Shown here piece by piece: positions 1 through 6,194 of a stretch of 59,602 nt of DNA. The stretch is from Candidatus Moraniibacteriota bacterium (GTDB taxonomy: Bacteria > Patescibacteriota > Minisyncoccia > Moranbacterales > UBA1568). Numbering within the stretch: the stretch's first letter is position 1; each line of letters opens with the position of its first letter. A program made the translations under genes and the position numbers. Location: NCBI GenBank assembly GCA_013334245.1, contig JAAXXZ010000005.1:1-59602 (forward strand), written 5' to 3'. The notes under the pieces were generated by a model. It did no database searches, was not told where the DNA came from, and saw only the letters and a program-made list of their open reading frames with translations.

Positions 1-116
1 GGTCTGTCGCACGTTTGAGAAAAGCGATTCTGGAATATCTCCCGTATTACAACGGGGAACGGATCCATATGGGAATCGGGTACCAAACACCCGAAGAAGT
101 GATGCAAAGGTATTGA
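1..116 (+). mobile_element. 3' end of a DDE (integrase-core, IS3/IS481-like) transposase, truncated by the window edge
   Basis: Frame from nt 3 reads SVARLRKAILEYLPYYNGERIHMGIGYQTPEEVMQRY*, matching the YN-x2-R-x-H-x2-(L/I)-x3-TP C-terminus of rve-type transposases. The exact family cannot be resolved from 37 aa. Confidence 0.65.
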
Positions 117-139
117 CTAGGAAACGCTGGGCCGAATAT

Positions 140-167
140 TTGACTTCGATGAGAAATATGGTAGACT
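140..167 (+). promoter_or_regulatory. sigma70-like promoter for the 215..976 gene
   Basis: TTGACT (140-145), 16-nt spacer, TAGACT (162-167) preceded by TGn (extended -10). Confidence 0.45.
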
Positions 168-214
168 TTTGGGCTGAACATTAACAGTTTACATAACCAT
201 AAATCCTATCAATC

Positions 215-976
215 ATGGGAGACGCAGACGGGCAGGGACAGATGGATCTGTTCGGCTTACCGGTTTCGGCTCCCAAGAATCGGAGGGGAGCGAAAAAGAA
301 AGGCAAAGAACATACGGATTCACGGGTGGTTGAAAAGGTCTCCGGGTTATCGGGGATCGATGTACCATTCGACGGACTAAGAAAATTATTCAAAGACCGG
401 TTATTGCTTCTGAGTGAAGTGAACGGTCAGGTTGTGCCGTACAACCGGGCGCAGTCGCTGTACCTTTTTTTGATGAGTAATCGTCTCGAGGGAGTCATTT
501 CCGCAAAGAAAATGAACTTTGAGGAACTAATCATTATTCCTGGCTCACCGAGGTATTGGAGCTCTGAACAGTTGTTCGGAATATTCAAACCGTATTTCGG
601 AATGAATCCACGGGAGCCGAAGAATTGGTGCTCTGGCGGAAAGGGTTATATGGAAAAGTTCCTTATGCATTCGGGCGGAGGCGCTGGTTTCGGTTGGTAT
701 ATCGTTCAGATGGTGTCGTCACCGTTTCCTGATGATATCGAACTGGTACCGGATCTCGCGACGACGCTGTGGCTGCTTGGTATTTTCAGAGCAGTTCGGA
801 AAAGGAATTTCGTTGCGGAAAAATGTTCGATAATGACTTCTTCGTTGGCGCGGAACGGGGAACGGATGATGGTTCATGTGACGCCGGAAGGAAATTTCGA
901 ACCTTCCAATCTGGAACGGGACGGATATCCGGTCATCACGCTTTCATCAGTGAACGTCGTTCACATTCTTCGTTGA
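215..976 (+). CDS. Hypothetical protein, paralogue of 2182..2820
   Basis: 253-aa ORF with an upstream promoter. Shares WY..., E.VPDLAT.LW and TS....G.RM.V motifs with 2182..2820. Confidence 0.7.
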   Translation: MGDADGQGQMDLFGLPVSAPKNRRGAKKKGKEHTDSRVVEKVSGLSGIDVPFDGLRKLFKDRLLLLSEVNGQVVPYNRAQSLYLFLMSNRLEGVISAKKMNFEELIIIPGSPRYWSSEQLFGIFKPYFGMNPREPKNWCSGGKGYMEKFLMHSGGGAGFGWYIVQMVSSPFPDDIELVPDLATTLWLLGIFRAVRKRNFVAEKCSIMTSSLARNGERMMVHVTPEGNFEPSNLERDGYPVITLSSVNVVHILR

Positions 977-1051
977 TGAAAAAACTCCCGGCATTCTACA
1001 GTGTAGAGTGTCGGGATTGTCGGTTTCTGCCTGTATTTCCCTCTGATGGAT

Positions 1052-1079
1052 TTGCGGAAAGTCCCGCCTGTGGTATAGT
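1052..1079 (+). promoter_or_regulatory. Probable promoter of the 2182..2820 gene, now separated from it by IS30
   Basis: TTGCGG (1052-1057), 16 nt, TGn-TATAGT (1074-1079), about 20 nt before the IS30 left end. Confidence 0.35.
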
Positions 1080-1101
1080 CGTGACAACCGTGTCGCCCTA
1101 A

Positions 1102-2144
1102 ATTCACCCCCGAATTAGGACACCCGGTCAAAATAGTGGTTACCCTCATCCCCATACTACATCATTTGCAAGAGCCACTTCATACGCGCTCCGATAGCCG
1201 AGGATCTTCCTCGGTTTTTTGTTGACCAATCGAGCTGCCTCATCCATCTCCTTTTCACTCACCGACGCGAAGTCGGTTCCCTTGGGGAAGTACCTCCGAA
1301 GCATCTTGTTCACGTTCTCCACCCTTCCCTTCTGCCAGGAAGCATACGGATCGCAGAAGAAGGTCGGCATACCGAAGAGGGAGTGTTTCCCGTTCTCGAT
1401 CCCATTGTCGAGGGTGAGGCTTTTCATATGCAATGTTTTGCTCATGTCCCGTACCTTCAGAAGATTCTCCGACGGCGACATCGACGTGAGTTTCCTGACC
1501 GATACGAACCTGCTTTTCCGTTCCAACAAGACGCTCATTCCTCCCGATCCGCCACGACTCGATACCACGGTGTCTCCTTCGAAGTGACCGTACCTTGACC
1601 GGTTGTCCGCTCCGTGAGACCGCTCAGTGATGCTGATCCGGTCGGGAATCATGACTCGGTCCGTCTTGTTCTTCTTCCTTGGCTTCTTGCGATATCTCGC
1701 CTGATACAGGTGACGGCAGTGTATCTGTCCCCGGGCACTGTACAGCCACTCGTATATGGCCGTCTTGGACGCGTAGAAGGGCTCGCGATCCTCTTTCATC
1801 CTTCCCGATATCTCATCGGGGTTCCAATGCTTTTCCAATCCGGCGATGATGTACTCCCGAAGAGCTGTATCATGGTCGATTTTCTTCCACTGGAACTTCG
1901 CGTCTTTCTTCCTCGTCCTCGCTTTCCGGTCCGCTTTCAGGGGATCGTATGCCCCGTTCACGCTGTTTTCCTTCACCTCATACGAGATTGTGTTCGGACT
2001 TCGTCCCAAGGCTCGGGCTATGGCCCGATGGGAATACTTCCTTTCCAGGAGGATCCTGATCTCGAGTCGTTCGGCACGGCTCAGCTTTTGTTTGTTTTCC
2101 ATGCGGAAAGTATAGACCAAGAGTGTCCTAATCCAGAACGGAAT
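1102..2144 (-). mobile_element. IS30-family insertion sequence
   Basis: Transposase flanked by imperfect 22-bp inverted repeats: ATTCACCCCCGAATTAGGACAC (1102-1123) and GTGTCCTAATCCAGAACGGAAT (2123-2144), 16/22 match. Exact ends and TSD are not resolved. Confidence 0.85.
1146..2120 (-). CDS. IS30-family transposase
   Basis: N-terminal HTH (SHRAIARALGRSPNTISYE), W(N/S)PDEISGR, GHFEGDTV, TLDNGIE, FFCDPYASWQKGRVENVNKMLRRYFPKG and NKKPRKILGY are all IS30 motifs. Real start may be ATG at 2102. Confidence 0.95.
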   Translation of the reverse strand: MVYTFRMENKQKLSRAERLEIRILLERKYSHRAIARALGRSPNTISYEVKENSVNGAYDPLKADRKARTRKKDAKFQWKKIDHDTALREYIIAGLEKHWNPDEISGRMKEDREPFYASKTAIYEWLYSARGQIHCRHLYQARYRKKPRKKNKTDRVMIPDRISITERSHGADNRSRYGHFEGDTVVSSRGGSGGMSVLLERKSRFVSVRKLTSMSPSENLLKVRDMSKTLHMKSLTLDNGIENGKHSLFGMPTFFCDPYASWQKGRVENVNKMLRRYFPKGTDFASVSEKEMDEAARLVNKKPRKILGYRSAYEVALANDVVWG

Positions 2145-2181
2145 GAATGGTGTCCTTTTATAACCTTACCTCAGGATTATC

Positions 2182-2820
2182 ATGAATACCCATTCAATAT
2201 TCTCTGATCTTCAGCGAGAACAAGGGGTACTTTTTATAGATCCCGAATCTCCTTTTTTCAATTACGGAGTGGATGGAATCAATCGTCTCGTCCATACGCT
2301 CCCAAATCTCAAAGTGGCCTTGGCGCGCCGATCTGGGGAGGCCGTCGTCATAGTGCCGGCACCCGAGGTCCCGATCGGTGTCTCGGAAATCTATCGGATG
2401 CTTCCGGGGTTCTTTTCCAGTGCTCCTGAAGATTGGAGCAGTAAGGAACAAAAAATCAGTTCGGTAGATCCATATCTCGCGCGGGATCGGACCGCTCCAG
2501 CCGCATGGTATCTGCTTCGCGTCCCTCAAGAGACTTACTGGAGGGCTGAGGCGGAACAAAAGCTGTTCGCTCATCCCGAATTCGAGACAGTGCCGGATCT
2601 CGCGACATTTCTCTGGGTTTCGGTCGCATTCGCATCCTGTAGAAAGTGGCAGCCCCTTATGCAGGACGGACGGGCGCTCAGGACGTCGACAACGTCTTCC
2701 GACGGAGGGAGGATGATCGTTCTCGCGTCGGGGAAGAGGTTGGTCGTTTCTGACTGTCTCGGACCGGAGGGCGACATAGGTATGCCGTTTCTGCAGTGCA
2801 TCGCTTTACCCTCGGCATGA
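2182..2820 (+). CDS. Hypothetical protein, paralogue of 215..976
   Basis: 212-aa ORF with WYLLRVP...ETVPDLATFLW...RTSTTSSDGGRMIV. Confidence 0.7.
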   Translation: MNTHSIFSDLQREQGVLFIDPESPFFNYGVDGINRLVHTLPNLKVALARRSGEAVVIVPAPEVPIGVSEIYRMLPGFFSSAPEDWSSKEQKISSVDPYLARDRTAPAAWYLLRVPQETYWRAEAEQKLFAHPEFETVPDLATFLWVSVAFASCRKWQPLMQDGRALRTSTTSSDGGRMIVLASGKRLVVSDCLGPEGDIGMPFLQCIALPSA

Positions 2821-2893
2821 AGTATCATGTGCCGGGGGATTTTTTTGCGAAAAACGGGACGTAAGCTCCGTTTTTCCAAAAGAACCCTCTGCT

Positions 2894-3160
2894 GGGGTGA
2901 CTACAGGGAAACAACCCTGACGAGTGTTACCACAAACCGCAGTTCGTGGGACGTGCGGTTGTGAGCAACGAGGAGGACCCTCCACTGGGGTGACTACAGG
3001 GAAACAACCCTGATTCATATCTTTTGAAAAGCGCCCGTGGGGGTGACTACAGGGAAACAACCCTGACGAGTGTTACCGCAAACCGCAGTCCGTGGGACGT
3101 GCGGTCGTGAGCAACGAGGAGAACCCTCTGCTGGGGTGACTACAGGGAATCGAACCCTGA
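2894..3160 (-). repeat. Tandem array of tRNA-His 3'-end copies
   Basis: GGGGTGACTACAGGGAAACAACCCTGA at 2894, 2987 and 3040 (spacings 93, 53, 93 nt to the tRNA copy at 3133). The two 66-nt spacers are near-identical. Confidence 0.9.
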
Positions 3161-3206
3161 TTCATGGTACCACAAACCATTGTCCTACCATTGAACGATA
3201 GTCACC
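3132..3206 (-). tRNA. tRNA-His(GTG)
   Basis: Cloverleaf G(-1)GTGACTA...ATGGT-TTGTGGT-ACCAT...CAGGG-TTCGATT-CCCTG-TAGTCAC-C-CCA. Confidence 0.95.
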
Positions 3207-3229
3207 CCGCCAGAGACTTCATTTTTTTG

Positions 3230-3301
3230 TGCCCTCGGAGGGAATCGAACCCCCATCAAGGGCTTAGAAGACCCCTGCTCTATCCATTGAGCTACAAGGG
3301 C
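3230..3301 (-). tRNA. tRNA-Arg(TCT)
   Basis: GCCCTTG...GGGGT-CTTCTAA-GCCCT...TTCGATT...CGAGGGC-A; no encoded CCA. Confidence 0.95.
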
Positions 3302-3332
3302 GGATGTATCCGTCCGATCATTGTCTGTTTGA

Positions 3333-3556
3333 TTGTGGGTCGTGCAGGATTCTCCTTCACCTCTCGTCGTACCTTCGTACGACTCGGGTTAGGCACCGCC
3401 TCACGATTTTGTCTGCTGACAAAATGTGCTCCGGCGTTCGAACCCTGGTACGAGTGAAATCGTTCACTCATACCGACGTTATCCGAACGTGAATCCGCAA
3501 TTCAAGATCCTGACCGTTCGCCTGGCGTTCAGGTCTTTGTGGGTCGTGCAGGATTC
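3333..3556 (-). repeat. 20-bp direct repeat of the tRNA-Lys 3' end bracketing a 204-bp structured unit
   Basis: TTGTGGGTCGTGCAGGATTC at 3333-3352 and 3537-3556. Confidence 0.9.
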
Positions 3557-3612
3557 GAACCTGCGACCGTTTGCTTAAGAGGCAACTGCTCTACCAACTG
3601 AGCTAACGACCC
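3540..3612 (-). tRNA. tRNA-Lys(CTT)
   Basis: GGGTCGT-TAGCTCAGTTGGTAGAGC...CTCTTAA...GCAGG-TTCGAAT-CCTGC-ACGACCC-A. Confidence 0.95.
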
Positions 3613-3717
3613 ATGACTATGTAATTGTGACCGTGCTTTCGAGTCTCTTTTTCCAAAATAAACCGAAATCGCGTCCCGACCGCGATAGCGGTACTCTATC
3701 AAAAAATGATTTCCCCG

Positions 3718-4995
3718 TCAATTCCCGGACGCGACCGGTTTCGGGGCCGTTACCACTGCCTTGGAGGCGACGAACGCATCCCATTGTTTTTTCGACCAGT
3801 CGGCGGGTTTTACGGTCAGATCCTGCGGATGAGGGAAGAGCGAAGGGGATTTGTAGCTGCTCGGGAACTTGTCGTCGAACAGGACGGCTCCCGATGAGTC
3901 GGTCACTTTCTGCGAGAAAGTCGTTTTCATGCTGCCGTCCGGATTGGATTCGAGGATATGCGGACCGTCGATTTCCACCTGACGGCCGTCCTTCGTTCCG
4001 TAAAATCTGAACGTGAGCGACGTTCCCTCGACGGAAGAGAGAATGAGGATGTGTCCCGGGGTATTGTTGATAAAGCGGAAATCGGGATTTGGAATGTAGA
4101 CGGTGGCGTCCATACCGTACGGCTTGTAGTACGAGACGGGATAGGCGTGATTCCGGCGTGCCGTTATCTTCATTCCGGCGTTTACGGCCGTCCGGAACAT
4201 CGTCGAGGAGACCTGACAGATGCCGCCCCCGAATTCCGGTTCGGTCTTATTGTTCTTGATGACAAGTTCCGGAAGGTATCCGTGCTCACCATCGACATCG
4301 CCGAGCTGTTTGACGAACGAGAATTCGGCTCCCGGTGCGATAAGGACTCCCTGAAACTGTTCGAGTGCGCGGTTGATGTTGAAGATTCGGTTTTTCGGCG
4401 AGCCGCGAAAGTTCGTCGTGCCTTCGGCGACAAGTTCCCGTACGCCGAGTTCCGAAGGGTCGGTCGAGCCGATCGTGGGTGGGGCAACTTTCACCGGCAG
4501 CGAGACCGTATCTTTCCCGGCTTCGATTGCTGTCCGTATGGAAGCTACGGCTGCCGATTCGTCGATGGTAAGGCCGTCTTTTCCGGCGTCGAGTATCGTA
4601 ATCGTCTTGTCCGTCGTTTCTCCGAACGTCGGGTTTTTCGGTTCGCGGTTTACTTTTCCGGAGAGCGTCGAGACGTATCGCGAGATGGCGACGGAATCGG
4701 TCTTTCGGGAGGACGTTGTGAACGTCGTCTCGCGGCTTCTTCGGGAAAACGACCAGAGGCACAGTATCTTATCGGTACAGGCGTGGACATTTTCGATTTC
4801 CGATCGAAAGGCGGAGCGGGGAACGAGCGTCGTTTCCACCGTCATGAAAGACGAAACGGTCGATGCGGGAACGGACTCATGAAAACCGTCGGCCTCGATG
4901 GTCAGCGCCTGAGAAGTCGATCCATGCAAAGCTAAAAAAGCGGAAAACAACATTCCGAATAGGATAGCGGATTGTTCCCGTTTCGCTGGAATCAT
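3718..4995 (-). CDS. VanW-family protein with N-terminal membrane anchor
   Basis: NRIFNI...EFSF...GGGICQVSSTMFRTAVNAGMKITARRNHAYPVSYY...GMDATVY...DFRFIN is the VanW domain signature. Confidence 0.9.
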   Translation of the reverse strand: MIPAKREQSAILFGMLFSAFLALHGSTSQALTIEADGFHESVPASTVSSFMTVETTLVPRSAFRSEIENVHACTDKILCLWSFSRRSRETTFTTSSRKTDSVAISRYVSTLSGKVNREPKNPTFGETTDKTITILDAGKDGLTIDESAAVASIRTAIEAGKDTVSLPVKVAPPTIGSTDPSELGVRELVAEGTTNFRGSPKNRIFNINRALEQFQGVLIAPGAEFSFVKQLGDVDGEHGYLPELVIKNNKTEPEFGGGICQVSSTMFRTAVNAGMKITARRNHAYPVSYYKPYGMDATVYIPNPDFRFINNTPGHILILSSVEGTSLTFRFYGTKDGRQVEIDGPHILESNPDGSMKTTFSQKVTDSSGAVLFDDKFPSSYKSPSLFPHPQDLTVKPADWSKKQWDAFVASKAVVTAPKPVASGN

Positions 4996-5098
4996 GCTCG
5001 CTCCTTTTTCCTGATTGTATAGGTTTTTCCCGAAAGGGGGAAGTGACCGATAAAGCCGGCCAAGCGTGTGCCCAGCCGGCTCTGCCGTTTCGTGTCGG

Positions 5099-5659
5099 TT
5101 AGAAGCCCCGAACGAGAATCTTCTTCACCTTGGTCGTGTCGGCTTTCGGGAGTCTGATCGTGAGTATGCCGTTTTTCAGCGATGCGTCGGCCTTTTCCGG
5201 AATGACATCTACCGGCAGCAGTACGGAACGCGAAAACCCACCCCAATAGCACTCCTGGTAATAGTAATTTCCCTGTTCGACGACTTCCTCGTTCTTTCGC
5301 TCGCCCTTGACGGTGACCATGTCGTTGTTGATCGTCACGTCGAGATCTTCCGGTTTCACGCCGGCAATCGTCGACTTAATGACGATCTCGTTCTCCGTCT
5401 GGTAGACGTCGATGGTGAGCTGTCCTTCGATATCATTGTTTTCCGGCATAGTCTGCGGGGCCGCCTGCGGCTGATAAGATGGTGAACTCCAGGACGGCTG
5501 GGTGACGGGCATCGCCGGCTCGTCGTTCGTATGGAGCGAGAACTGGGTCGTTTCCTCCTCTTCGTAGATCGGAAGCGAGGCGCCGGCCGTTTCGTTCTCA
5601 TCCATCCGCTGGGCTCCCGTTAAGCGCTCAAAAAAAGACTTTTTTTCCTTGGTGACCAT
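5099..5659 (-). CDS. Hsp20/alpha-crystallin small heat-shock protein
   Basis: DVYQTENEIVIKSTIAGVKPEDLDV...VKGER...ECYWGGFSRSVLLP...ASLKNGILTIRLPK. Start placed at MVTKEKK (ORF track starts 5716). Confidence 0.92.
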   Translation of the reverse strand: MVTKEKKSFFERLTGAQRMDENETAGASLPIYEEEETTQFSLHTNDEPAMPVTQPSWSSPSYQPQAAPQTMPENNDIEGQLTIDVYQTENEIVIKSTIAGVKPEDLDVTINNDMVTVKGERKNEEVVEQGNYYYQECYWGGFSRSVLLPVDVIPEKADASLKNGILTIRLPKADTTKVKKILVRGF

Positions 5660-5702
5660 AGCTTCTCTGTTTAACATTTTCAATGGAAGTATAGATGATT
5701 TC

Positions 5703-6179
5703 TCAGACAAGCGCAAGAACGACGTCGTAGAGGAGATGGATGGTTATGCCGATAACGAGCGCCATTTTCGCCCGATTCTTTCCGCTCGGGATCGCGAATC
5801 CGTAGAGGAGAGAAGTCAGGACGTGTATCGAAAGCATGCCGACCATCGGAGGGAAGGGGATGAGCCCGGTGCCGGATGTCAGGGACGCGAGTGCGATTTC
5901 GGTCGCCGCGAACCCGAGCCCGAAAAGTGCGGAGGACGCCCACGGGCTTCCGATCCGGTTCTGCCAAGCCTGTCGGCTGAGCACGATGAGTTTCAGGGAT
6001 TCCTCGATGACGGCGACGAAGACGAATGTCACGAAACCGATCGCGGACAGTCCGGATGAGAGTCCGAGGTGCCAAGGGTCCATTCCTGCTCCGGAAGGTA
6101 CCAGGAATGAAAATACGGCGAGTTCGGCGACGACTGCGAAGAGAGCGGAGAAGCATCCGGAAAATAGGAAAAGGATCAT
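5703..6179 (-). CDS. PrsW-family intramembrane metalloprotease-like protein
   Basis: Multi-TM protein with EEsxK (IEESLK), GLGFAATE and two His motifs (IHVLT, IHLLYD). Confidence 0.7.
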   Translation of the reverse strand: MILFLFSGCFSALFAVVAELAVFSFLVPSGAGMDPWHLGLSSGLSAIGFVTFVFVAVIEESLKLIVLSRQAWQNRIGSPWASSALFGLGFAATEIALASLTSGTGLIPFPPMVGMLSIHVLTSLLYGFAIPSGKNRAKMALVIGITIHLLYDVVLALV

Positions 6180-6194
6180 TTTTTTCTGTCGTTT

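Noticed and set aside
215-2820. Active diversity-generating retroelement
   Set aside because: No reverse transcriptase and no TR/VR pair with adenine-specific mismatches in the window.
2894-3160. CRISPR array
   Set aside because: The repeat is the tRNA-His 3' end, two spacers are near-identical, spacer lengths differ widely, and no cas genes are present.
4992-5252. 86-aa ORF between hsp20 and vanW
   Set aside because: It overlaps hsp20 in another frame, has no RBS and no motif.
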